A stretch of DNA of 64,000 bases from an uncultured archaeon (GTDB lineage Archaea > Iainarchaeota > Iainarchaeia > Iainarchaeales > JAAZKV01), in assembly GCA_964461205.1 (NCBI GenBank), contig CAYWUL010000002.1:17779-81778 (forward strand). Reading direction: 5' to 3'. The translations under genes and the position numbers were made by a program. Below, in pieces: positions 10,140-18,646 of this stretch. Position 1 is the first letter of the stretch, and every line of letters begins with the position of its first letter. The notes under the pieces are model-generated. The model was not told where the DNA came from and did not search any database. It saw only the letters and a program-made list of their open reading frames with translations.

Positions 10140-10895
10140 ATGGGTTTAGGATTTTCAAGAAAAAAAGTTCCTATGCGCTCTCCTGCGTATGGAAGTTCGT
10201 ATAAAACCAAAAGCAAAGGAAAGAGATTCAAACGAGCAACATCAGTGGTTTTAGCAACATTAATTGCTTTTGGGGCACATAAAGGATTGCAACGAACGGC
10301 CCGAATCACAGACCCGGATTTTATTGCCCGACAAAAATTTTGGTCTTTAAGTAGCAAAAGTGTTAGGGTATATAAGGAAGTGCCAATCCCAGAAAATTTA
10401 ATTGGTAGTTCAAAGTATAGGTTAGGCAAAAGTTTAGCAAGAGCGGGATTAGTCACATATGATATTCATATTAACGGCAAAGAAGTTGGCCTAGTAAAAG
10501 CAAATTTTAAGATTCTTGGAAAAAAATATACTCTCGAACTTGGGGAAGTGGATCAAAATATTCAAAGACCATTCCAACTTTATAGAAAAAAGTGGACAAT
10601 GTCAAAAAATGGTGAACCAAGATTTTTAATTCATGAAACAAACAAATCATTTTGGGTGCCAGGATTGCACCACTTTGAAATAATGGATGCTGTTTCTGGT
10701 AAAACGATTGCACATTTGGGTGCGCAATGGCACATGCGAAGATTTTTGCTTGGACGAAGAGACTATGCGATTCGATTTGAAGAAGGCCATGAAGGAGCTA
10801 TGTCTCATGCTGAAATAACTGGGTTGTTAACTACTATTGGAAAGGTCTCTAAGTCTGGTGGCGGCAATTCATCAAAATCTAAAAAAGGAAAATAA
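10140..10895 (+). CDS. Orphan protein: basic N-terminus, hydrophobic anchor, LURP-one/scramblase (tubby-C)-like beta domain
   Basis: Beta-hairpin pattern YDIHINGKEVGLVK...KYTLE, FEIMD..GKTIAHL, RRDYAIRF and a terminal hydrophobic helix. Start could be 10131 or 10140. Confidence 0.5.
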   Translation: MGLGFSRKKVPMRSPAYGSSYKTKSKGKRFKRATSVVLATLIAFGAHKGLQRTARITDPDFIARQKFWSLSSKSVRVYKEVPIPENLIGSSKYRLGKSLARAGLVTYDIHINGKEVGLVKANFKILGKKYTLELGEVDQNIQRPFQLYRKKWTMSKNGEPRFLIHETNKSFWVPGLHHFEIMDAVSGKTIAHLGAQWHMRRFLLGRRDYAIRFEEGHEGAMSHAEITGLLTTIGKVSKSGGGNSSKSKKGK

Positions 10896-10901
10896 GAAAG
10901 T

Positions 10902-10948
10902 AATTCGTCAACAAACGAAGTAAATTTCGTCATTAGAAAGGTTTTTAT
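10902..10948 (+). promoter_or_regulatory. TTCGT-N17-TTCGT plus GAAAGGTTTTTAT promoter upstream of the orphan/HMGS/thiolase unit
   Basis: TTCGT at 10904 and 10926, the same 22-bp offset as 7434/7456. Confidence 0.5.
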
Positions 10949-11007
10949 TGGTGTGCTAAAAGAGGTATTTTATATTTCAAAGTAATATTTTAATTAGGTG
11001 ATTGATA

Positions 11008-11325
11008 ATGGTGGGTAAAGTTAGAACAGCATCTTCAACAGCACGTACTCGTGTAAAAGCTGGAAAAAGAGCAGTTACTAGGACGCTAAAAGGATTTAAT
11101 GCATCTGAAACAGTTTTAAGAAAGAGAACTGCTGAATTAATTAAAGAAATGAGAAAAGCAAAAATTCCAGTTACTCCAAAAAATTTAGCAATGCTTTCAG
11201 AGGCAACACTTAATGAAATGGTAGAATATGAACAATATGGGGGATCAAATGATGGCGGGCCGTATACTTGGGGCAATGCTGCACGAAACAAAATTCAAGA
11301 ATTAAAAAGAACAAAAAAACTTTGA
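11008..11325 (+). CDS. Small basic orphan protein
   Basis: AGGTGA SD; fills the gap co-oriented with neighbours; N-terminus [21 protein letters not shown]. Confidence 0.65.
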   Translation: MVGKVRTASSTARTRVKAGKRAVTRTLKGFNASETVLRKRTAELIKEMRKAKIPVTPKNLAMLSEATLNEMVEYEQYGGSNDGGPYTWGNAARNKIQELKRTKKL

Positions 11326-11336
11326 AGGTTAATTTT

Positions 11337-12377
11337 ATGGCAGGAATAATAGGTTACGGAGTATACATTCCAAAATATAGGATCAAGGCTGAAGAAATAG
11401 CAGCAGTACAAGAAGCTGATGCTAATGCAATAAAAGCCGGTCTAGGTTTAACAGAAAAATCGGTTCCTGGAAAAGACGAAGACACAATTACAATCGCAAC
11501 TCACGCAGCAAGAGATGCACTTGCAAGAGCACAAATAAATAGAAAAGAAATTGGTGCGATCTATGTTGGTAGTGAATCACACCCCTACGCAGTAAAACCA
11601 TCTAGTGCAATAGTGGCCGAAGCAATAGGAATAGGAAATGATTACACAGCAGTAGACACAGAGTTTGCTTGCAAAGCTGGTAGCGCAACAATACAAATCA
11701 ATGCTGGTTTAGTTGATTCAAAAATGATAAAATATGGTTTAAGTATTGGAGCAGATACATCACAAGCAGAGCCAGGAAATGCTCTAGAATATTCTGCAGC
11801 AGCAGGCGGAGCAGCATTTATTATTGGAAGTAACGAAGAAGCACTTGCAACAATTGATTTTACATGTTCATTTACTAGCGATACTCCAGATTTTTGGAGA
11901 AGAGCAATGCAACCATACCCATCACACGCAGGAAGATTCACAGGAGAACCAGCATACTTCAAACACGTTATTGGTGCAACAAAAATGTTACTAGAAAAAA
12001 CAAAGACAAAGATTAGTGATTATGATTTTGTAGTATTACATATGCCGAATGGAAAATTTCCAGAAGCAGCAGCAAAAATACTTGGGGTAATAAAAGAAAA
12101 ACAATTAGAAGCAGGACTAGTAGTAAAAAAAATTGGAAACACCTATTCAGGCTCTTCATTATTAGGACTTGCAGCAGTACTTGATGTAGCAAAACCCGGA
12201 GACAAAATATTAATGACTTCATATGGTTCAGGTTCTGGATCAGATTCTTTCGCATTAACAGTTACAGAAAAAATAAAAGAAAAACAAAAACTTGCTCGAA
12301 GTGTACAAGATTATATTGATAGAAAAGAATACTTACCATACGCAAAATATCTAAAACACATGGAGACAATACATTGA
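11337..12377 (+). CDS. mvaS: HMG-CoA synthase, archaeal type
   Basis: [23 protein letters not shown], catalytic [27 protein letters not shown]. Confidence 0.95.
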   Translation: MAGIIGYGVYIPKYRIKAEEIAAVQEADANAIKAGLGLTEKSVPGKDEDTITIATHAARDALARAQINRKEIGAIYVGSESHPYAVKPSSAIVAEAIGIGNDYTAVDTEFACKAGSATIQINAGLVDSKMIKYGLSIGADTSQAEPGNALEYSAAAGGAAFIIGSNEEALATIDFTCSFTSDTPDFWRRAMQPYPSHAGRFTGEPAYFKHVIGATKMLLEKTKTKISDYDFVVLHMPNGKFPEAAAKILGVIKEKQLEAGLVVKKIGNTYSGSSLLGLAAVLDVAKPGDKILMTSYGSGSGSDSFALTVTEKIKEKQKLARSVQDYIDRKEYLPYAKYLKHMETIH

Positions 12378-12397
12378 AACTTTTAGAAAAAGTTTCA
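12375..12397. repeat. Perfect 10-bp inverted repeat TGAAACTTTT-aga-AAAAGTTTCA overlapping the HMGS stop
   Basis: Read directly from the sequence. Confidence 0.8.
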
Positions 12398-12419
12398 TCA
12401 AAATTATGAGATGATTATT

Positions 12420-12530
12420 ATGAACATAGGAGTTTTAGGAGTAGGAATCACCAAGTTCGGTGACGGCCTTGTTAAGGCCGGCGAAAGCACTATCTTCGCT
12501 TCGCTCGATAGAGCAAAGGTGATTGCATGA
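12420..12530 (+). other. 36-codon mini-ORF: recoded duplicate of the thiolase N-terminus followed by a hairpin islet
   Basis: Encodes MNIGVLGVGITKFGDGLVKAGESTIFASLDRAKVIA*; its TGA overlaps the thiolase ATG (ATGA). Contains CGGCCTT-gtt-AAGGCCG and CTATC-ttcgcttcgctc-GATAG. Confidence 0.75.
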
Positions 12531-13684
12531 ATATTGGCGTACTTGGTATTGGTATTACAAAGTTTGGAGAAAGATGGGATCAAGGATTAAGAGAATTATT
12601 ACTTGACGCACAAATGAAAGCACTAAAAGATGCAAAGATTTCAGTAGAACAAATTGATGCACTGTATACTGGAAATATGGGGGCAGGACAACTAAGTGGA
12701 CAATTACATATTGGTGCAATGGCAACAGAAAATTTGAACATTGACAAACCATCAATAAGAGTTGAAGGAGCATGTGCTTCAGGTTCACTCGCATTAAGAC
12801 AAGGAATACAAGCAATTGAAAGCGGAGAAGCAGAAATAGTTCTTGTTTCGGGTGTAGAAAAAATGACTGATGTTAGTACAGAACAAGTAACAACAATGCT
12901 AATGGGTGCAGGAGACGAAGAACTAGAAGGATTCAACGGCCTAACTTTTCCAGGATTATATGCATTACTAGCAAAAGCATACATGACAAAATACCCAAAA
13001 CTAACAAGAGATTTATTAGCAGAAGTATCAGTAAAAAATCATTTCCACGGAGCAAGAAACGAGTATTGTCAATTCAGAAAAGAAATTAATATTGACACAG
13101 TAAAAAAATCTACAATGGTTGCAGACCCATTAACATTATTTGATTGTTCTCCAATAACAGACGGCGCAGCAAGCATAATTCTTGCATCAGAAAAAAAAGC
13201 AAAAGAACTTGGAGCAAAAGTAGCAATCATAGGTTCTGGCTTAGCAACAGACACATTATCACTTGCAAGAAGAAGCACTTTAACAGCAATTCCTGCAGGG
13301 AAAAAAGCTGCAGAGGCAGCATATAAACAAGCAGGTATAACAGCAAAAGATGTTGACTTTGCAGAAGTACATGATTGTTTTACTATTGCAGAAATAATGG
13401 CTGTAGAAGCTCTTGGTTTTGCAAAAGAAGGAGAAGGATACAAATTATATGAAAACAAAGACACTTATTTTATGGGAAGGATTCCAATTAATACTAGTGG
13501 TGGACTAAAAGCATGTGGGCACCCAGTTGGAGCAACAGGAATAAAACAAGCAATCGAAGCAACAATGCAATTACGTGGAGAAGCAGAAGGAAGACAAGTA
13601 AAAAACGCAAAAATCGGAGTAACACATAATGTAGGCGGTTCAGGCGGAACTGCTTGTGTACACGTGTTCAAGAAGGTGAAATAA
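12527..13684 (+). CDS. Acetyl-CoA acetyltransferase (archaeal thiolase)
   Basis: VEGACASG, GVEKMTD, DCSPITDGAA, EVHDCFT, GGLKACGHPVGATG. Confidence 0.95.
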   Translation: MNIGVLGIGITKFGERWDQGLRELLLDAQMKALKDAKISVEQIDALYTGNMGAGQLSGQLHIGAMATENLNIDKPSIRVEGACASGSLALRQGIQAIESGEAEIVLVSGVEKMTDVSTEQVTTMLMGAGDEELEGFNGLTFPGLYALLAKAYMTKYPKLTRDLLAEVSVKNHFHGARNEYCQFRKEINIDTVKKSTMVADPLTLFDCSPITDGAASIILASEKKAKELGAKVAIIGSGLATDTLSLARRSTLTAIPAGKKAAEAAYKQAGITAKDVDFAEVHDCFTIAEIMAVEALGFAKEGEGYKLYENKDTYFMGRIPINTSGGLKACGHPVGATGIKQAIEATMQLRGEAEGRQVKNAKIGVTHNVGGSGGTACVHVFKKVK

Positions 13685-14082
13685 TGTTTAGAGATAGTCC
13701 AATAATAAGATGGAGAAATTACAAAGACAGATACATGTTAATTGGTTTTGAGTGCACAGCTTGCGGAAAAAAATATTTCGAAGCAAAAGGATTATGTCCC
13801 TGTGGCGGAACAGAATTCAACGAAATAGAATTTAGTGGAAAAGGAAAGATAGTTTCTTTTACACAAATACATTCTGGTCCAGAAGCATTTACTCATCAAG
13901 GAAATTATTGCGTGGCAATAATTGATTTAGTAGAAGGAGCAAGAATAACAGGACAAGTAGTTGATTGCAAATACGAAGATTTGAAAATTGGTTTAGAAGT
14001 AGAAGCAGTATTTAGAAAATTCTACAAAAGTGGAGAAAAAGGCGTAATCCACTATGGAACAAAATTTGTTCCAAAGTTTTAA
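13684..14082 (+). CDS. DUF35 Zn-ribbon/OB-fold scaffold of the thiolase-HMGS complex
   Basis: CTACG..CPCG Zn ribbon, OB fold, C-terminal IHYGTKFVP; adjacent to the thiolase. Confidence 0.92.
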   Translation: MFRDSPIIRWRNYKDRYMLIGFECTACGKKYFEAKGLCPCGGTEFNEIEFSGKGKIVSFTQIHSGPEAFTHQGNYCVAIIDLVEGARITGQVVDCKYEDLKIGLEVEAVFRKFYKSGEKGVIHYGTKFVPKF

Positions 14083-14115
14083 ATACTTTGAAAAACAAAT
14101 ATTTTTGGTGATATT

Positions 14116-14496
14116 ATGGGCGTAACTAGAAGACAACTAAGTGCAAGGCAGATTAAGAATTTGAGACAAAAGAGACAAAAAATTGTTTCAGCAGCATTAA
14201 AACCAAGGGTTAAAGAAATGAGTACCTATAGGCTGATTGGAATTGGAGACAGAGGTATTGCAATAAGGTATGGTTCTTGGAGAAAAATGCGTGCTGCTGC
14301 AAAAGGGGGACCACGCGCGGCAAATAAAGTGATTCAAAAGATGAAAGAGCTTCATAGCCAAGGTGTAACAATGATAGAAGATCCAACAGTTGAAGGTGGA
14401 AAAATACATATATTAAATGAAATAAAAAATATACAGGCACTTTCAGACGAAAGAGTTGGCCGGTCTAAATCAAGAAGAATAAACAAGAAAAAATAG
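14116..14496 (+). CDS. Small basic orphan protein
   Basis: GGTGAT SD; N-terminus MGVTRRQLSARQIKNLRQKRQK. Confidence 0.7.
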   Translation: MGVTRRQLSARQIKNLRQKRQKIVSAALKPRVKEMSTYRLIGIGDRGIAIRYGSWRKMRAAAKGGPRAANKVIQKMKELHSQGVTMIEDPTVEGGKIHILNEIKNIQALSDERVGRSKSRRINKKK

Positions 14497-14576
14497 TATT
14501 GCAGAATAGTTTCGATGAGTTCTAAGTCACGAAAATAACTTAAGAACATCTACGTACTGAATTTTTTAGTGATAAA

Positions 14577-15512
14577 ATGGAAAAAGCAATTGGAAGAGGA
14601 TACGGAAAACTCATTCTTTTCGGAGAACACTTTGTTGTTTATGGTTTGCCTGGAATAGCAACTGGTTTAGATAAGTATTTTGAAGTAGAAATGGAAAAAA
14701 TTGATGGAAACGACATAATTATAGAAGACAACGTTTACTTTAATGAAACAATAAAATGTTCAGAAGAAACAGAGCACCCAAAAACTTTAACAATAAAACC
14801 TTTTGTTGATAACTTCAAAATTTCTGGAGTAAAAATTATTTTTGGTGGAAATATTGCAAGAAAAGGAATGGGGTTGTCAGCAGCCTATGCTGTTGCAACT
14901 ATTCGAGCAGCAAACGAATTATTTAAATTGAATCTTTCTAATGAAGAAGTAAACTTTTGGGCTTATGAGTCTGAAAAATATTCTCACGGAACACCAAGCG
15001 GAATAGACAATACTTGTGCAACATATGGACAACCAATTTGGTTTGAAAAAAATATGTCTGGTGGAAAAAACAAAATAGAATTATTCAAAATTAAAATGCC
15101 GTTACTCTTAGTTATTGGTGACACTGGAATAAAAGCATCAACATCAGAAGTTGTCGCAGGAGTAAGAAAAAGAAAAGAAGAAAACGAAGACGAATACAAA
15201 GAATTTTTCGAAGATGAAATAACTTTGTTAAACGAAGCAAAGCAAGCACTTGAATGTGGTGACATAAAAATGGTTGGAGAACTAATGAATAATAACCAAG
15301 TTCTTCTTAGAGACATTGGAGTTTCTTGTGATGAATTAGAAGATTTAATCGAAATTTCTTTAGAAAATGGTGCTTTAGGAGCAAAAATTTCTGGAGCTGG
15401 TGCAGGTGGAATAATGATTGCTCTTGCAGAAAATAAAGAGGCACAAGAAGAAATAGCAAAAGCAATGGAAGAAAAAGGTTACAAAGCAACAAAAACAATT
15501 ATTGGAAAATAG
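14577..15512 (+). CDS. mvk: Mevalonate kinase (GHMP family)
   Basis: GKLILFGEHFVVYG, GMGLSAA, HGTPSGID, GAKISGAGAGG. Confidence 0.92.
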   Translation: MEKAIGRGYGKLILFGEHFVVYGLPGIATGLDKYFEVEMEKIDGNDIIIEDNVYFNETIKCSEETEHPKTLTIKPFVDNFKISGVKIIFGGNIARKGMGLSAAYAVATIRAANELFKLNLSNEEVNFWAYESEKYSHGTPSGIDNTCATYGQPIWFEKNMSGGKNKIELFKIKMPLLLVIGDTGIKASTSEVVAGVRKRKEENEDEYKEFFEDEITLLNEAKQALECGDIKMVGELMNNNQVLLRDIGVSCDELEDLIEISLENGALGAKISGAGAGGIMIALAENKEAQEEIAKAMEEKGYKATKTIIGK

Positions 15513-15522
15513 GTGTGATAGA

Positions 15523-16074
15523 ATGAAAATAATTATTGGTATGAGCGGGGCAAGCGGAACAAACTATACTCTAAATTTATTAAAACAATTAAAAAAACAA
15601 AAAATTGAAACTCATTTAATTGTTAGTGAGTGGGCAGAAAAAGTTTTTGAAAAAGAAACAAACAAAAAGATTAGCGAAATAAAAAAACTCGTAACAAAGA
15701 ATTATACAAATAAAGAAATGGATGCTTTAATTTCTTCTTCAAGTTTTCTTGCAGACGGAATGATAATAATTCCTGCTTCAGTAAAGACTTGTTCAGAAAT
15801 AGCGACAGCGCACACAGGCACACTGATTACGCGTTGTGCTGATATAATGCTTCGTTACAAAAAACCGTTAATTGTGTGTTTGCGAGAAACTCCTCTTTCT
15901 GGGCCAGCATTAGAACAATTGGTAAAAATAGCACAATATGGGGGAATAGTGTTTCCGCTTTCTCCAGGGTTTTATGGAAAACCAAAGAATATTAGTGAGT
16001 TAGAAGACTTTATTTCGGGAAAGGTAATGGATTTAATAGGTTTGGATAATAATTTTTATAAGAGATGGGAGTAA
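15523..16074 (+). CDS. ubiX: Flavin prenyltransferase (prFMN synthase)
   Basis: GMSGASG, ISSSSF..DGMIIIPAS, RETP, PGFY.KP. Confidence 0.93.
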   Translation: MKIIIGMSGASGTNYTLNLLKQLKKQKIETHLIVSEWAEKVFEKETNKKISEIKKLVTKNYTNKEMDALISSSSFLADGMIIIPASVKTCSEIATAHTGTLITRCADIMLRYKKPLIVCLRETPLSGPALEQLVKIAQYGGIVFPLSPGFYGKPKNISELEDFISGKVMDLIGLDNNFYKRWE

Positions 16075-16087
16075 TTGGGGTGTAATT

Positions 16088-16543
16088 ATGAAAATTGGAA
16101 GAAGAGATAATATGAAACCAACTGGAAAAGGGTTGACAACGCCTAGAGCTTATGCCAAGGCCGTAAAAAGAAGACAAAAAGCAAAAAAATTGTTAGATGG
16201 AATAGAAAGAGATATACCTGTTTTAACCACCGTTGCGGCAATGGAAGTTGGGAGAGCTGGAAAAGTACTTAATGCTGGACTAGGGTATACGTTTGGGAGG
16301 GCGCTTGCGCGGGAAGCTGCTATGAAAAGACACAAAATTAGTTTAAAGACACTTGCAGAAATCTCAGGAAGACCTAAAGTTGCAGAATTAGTTGTAAGAA
16401 GATTGATTGTAACTGACCCGAAGTTTGCAGCAAAAATAAAAGCTTGGGGAGAAAAAGGACCAAAAATGAACAAAAGACAAAGAGAAGCTTTTGTTAAAGA
16501 CAATAGATACAGAGATATAGAAAATATTGATTACGGCAAATAG
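16088..16543 (+). CDS. Small basic orphan protein
   Basis: GGGGTG SD; Arg/Lys/Ala-rich; lies between ubiX and ubiD. Confidence 0.7.
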   Translation: MKIGRRDNMKPTGKGLTTPRAYAKAVKRRQKAKKLLDGIERDIPVLTTVAAMEVGRAGKVLNAGLGYTFGRALAREAAMKRHKISLKTLAEISGRPKVAELVVRRLIVTDPKFAAKIKAWGEKGPKMNKRQREAFVKDNRYRDIENIDYGK

Positions 16544-16598
16544 AATAGTTTTCGACTTTTCAATTTTTCTAATTAATTTCTTACAAGAGGTGGAAACA

Positions 16599-17879
16599 AT
16601 GAGTTTTAGAGAATTTGTAGAAAATAATGCAGAAATAAAAATTACAAAAGAGGTTTCAAAGAATTTAGAAATCTCAGGAATAGTTCACTCTGCAAAAGAC
16701 GAAATGATTCTTTTTGAAAAAGTAAAGGAAAGCAACAACAGAGTTGCAGTAAATGTTTTCGCCTCAAAACAAAAAGTAGCAAACTATCTAGGTTGTGAAA
16801 TAAAAGATCTTGTTCCAAGAATGATTAATGCTCTAGAAAATCCTAGCGAACCAGAAATAGTTACAGAAACAGATCACGAAGAACAAGAAATAGATTTAGA
16901 AAAATTACCCATTCTTACACACACTAAAGCCGATGGGGGGCCATATGTTTCAAGTGGATTAGTAATTGTAAGAGACAAAGATTTAGGACAAAATGTTTGT
17001 TTTCATAGGGGAATGGTATTTGAAAAAAACAAAATGGCTTTGAGAATTCTTGAAAGAAACACAATGGAAATATTGAAAAAAAATAATGGCGAAGTAAGAG
17101 CAGCATATTGTATCGGTTGTGGTGGAGAAACTCTTTTAGCAGCAGCAATGGCTCCGCCAATAGGGGTGAACGAATTAACAATTGCTAATACAATAAAACC
17201 AATAAAAGTAATAAAAGCAAAAACTTTTGATGCTCTTCTTCCAGCGGATGCAGAAATAATAATGGAAGGAACTCTTTCACTAAATGAAAAACATGCAGAG
17301 GGACCATTTGTTGACTTAACAGAAACTCCCGATGTAATACGACAAGAACCAGTTTTTACAGTAGAAAAGATTTATACAAGACCAAATTACATTTATCATG
17401 CATTACTCCCAGGAGGATTTGAACACAAAATATTAATGGGCATGCCAAGAGAACCAACAATTTTCCAAGAAGTAAAAAAAGCAGGAATTGACGTAATAGA
17501 TGTTAGTGTTAATCCTGGCGGAACAAGTTGGTTACATGTTCTAATAAAAATTAATAAAAAAAGGGACGAAGATGGAAAAAATGCGATTCTTGCAGGAATG
17601 AAGGGACATTCTTCAGCAAAACACTTTTTTATTTTGGACAAGGATATTGACATTTATAATCCATTACAAGTTGAATGGGCAATGGCTACAAGATTCCAAG
17701 CAGACAAAGATTTGTACACGTTTCCAAAAGAAAAAGGTTCTTCTCTTGACCCAAGCGGAGACCCTAATACAAGAGAAACATGCAAAGCAGGATTTGATTT
17801 AACAATGCCTTTAGATAAAGTAAAAGAAATGACAAAAGCAACTTTTCCAGATTATAAAATAGAGGATTATGTGGAGTGA
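16599..17879 (+). CDS. ubiD: UbiD-family decarboxylase, probable anhydromevalonate phosphate decarboxylase
   Basis: DGGPY, HR, EGPFVDLT, EHKILMGMPREP, VEWAMATRFQ, GSSLDPS; mevalonate-cluster context. Confidence 0.9.
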   Translation: MSFREFVENNAEIKITKEVSKNLEISGIVHSAKDEMILFEKVKESNNRVAVNVFASKQKVANYLGCEIKDLVPRMINALENPSEPEIVTETDHEEQEIDLEKLPILTHTKADGGPYVSSGLVIVRDKDLGQNVCFHRGMVFEKNKMALRILERNTMEILKKNNGEVRAAYCIGCGGETLLAAAMAPPIGVNELTIANTIKPIKVIKAKTFDALLPADAEIIMEGTLSLNEKHAEGPFVDLTETPDVIRQEPVFTVEKIYTRPNYIYHALLPGGFEHKILMGMPREPTIFQEVKKAGIDVIDVSVNPGGTSWLHVLIKINKKRDEDGKNAILAGMKGHSSAKHFFILDKDIDIYNPLQVEWAMATRFQADKDLYTFPKEKGSSLDPSGDPNTRETCKAGFDLTMPLDKVKEMTKATFPDYKIEDYVE

Positions 17880-17883
17880 TAAA

Positions 17884-18645
17884 ATGGCAGGAATAAAAGA
17901 AGGAGTAGTTGCTTTTGATTTTGATGGAGTAATTGGGGATAGTGTCTATGAATGTTATGTTCAATCAATAAAAGCAGCAAAAGATTTGAATATTGGAGTG
18001 AATGCATCAAAAAAATTAGAAGAAAAGTTTAGAGAAGGAAGACCATTAATAACAAAGGCAGAACACTTTTACACAATTTTGAGATTAATAAAAGAACACC
18101 CTGAAATAAATTTTGAAATGATGTCACAAGCAAGGTTTGATGCAGAATTTAAAAAAGATGTAAAAAGAGCAGAGCAATTTTTAGAACGATTTTATCATCA
18201 CAGAGCAGAGATGCGAAAGATCAGTCCAAGAGAATGGACGGCATTACAAAAAAGTTTTCCAAGAATTGCAAGATTTATTGCGACAACAAAAAACCAGACT
18301 GCGGTTGTTGAGTTACTTAAAAGATATGGGATACATTTACCAGAATCGCATATTTTATCAAAAGATTTTTCAAAGGATAAAAATGAACAATTAAAAGAAA
18401 TATCAAAAAGGGCGAGGGTGCCAGTAAACCAAATTGTTCTTGTTGAAGACGCAGTGAAACAAGCACAAAAAGCAAGATCAATGGGTGCAAAAGCAGTAAT
18501 AGTTCCATACGGCTATTCAACAGCAAAACAAAGAAGAGAAGCAAAAAAAGAAGGGATTCCTAGTTTAAATCCTGGCTCTAGAAAAAAAGAAAGTAAAAAG
18601 ATAAGTAGAATGATTAGACAAGGAAGAGTTGGAAGGAGAAGATAA
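17884..18645 (+). CDS. HAD-superfamily hydrolase with basic C-terminal tail
   Basis: Motif I DFDGVIGDS, ATTK, conserved K, VED, YGY. Confidence 0.8.
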   Translation: MAGIKEGVVAFDFDGVIGDSVYECYVQSIKAAKDLNIGVNASKKLEEKFREGRPLITKAEHFYTILRLIKEHPEINFEMMSQARFDAEFKKDVKRAEQFLERFYHHRAEMRKISPREWTALQKSFPRIARFIATTKNQTAVVELLKRYGIHLPESHILSKDFSKDKNEQLKEISKRARVPVNQIVLVEDAVKQAQKARSMGAKAVIVPYGYSTAKQRREAKKEGIPSLNPGSRKKESKKISRMIRQGRVGRRR

Positions 18646-18646
18646 A

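Noticed and set aside
12420..12530. tRNA or CRISPR repeat in the GC-rich islets (also 23500-23560 and 53620-53645)
   Set aside because: No cloverleaf or T-loop consensus and no regularly spaced repeats; the islets do not share extended sequence.
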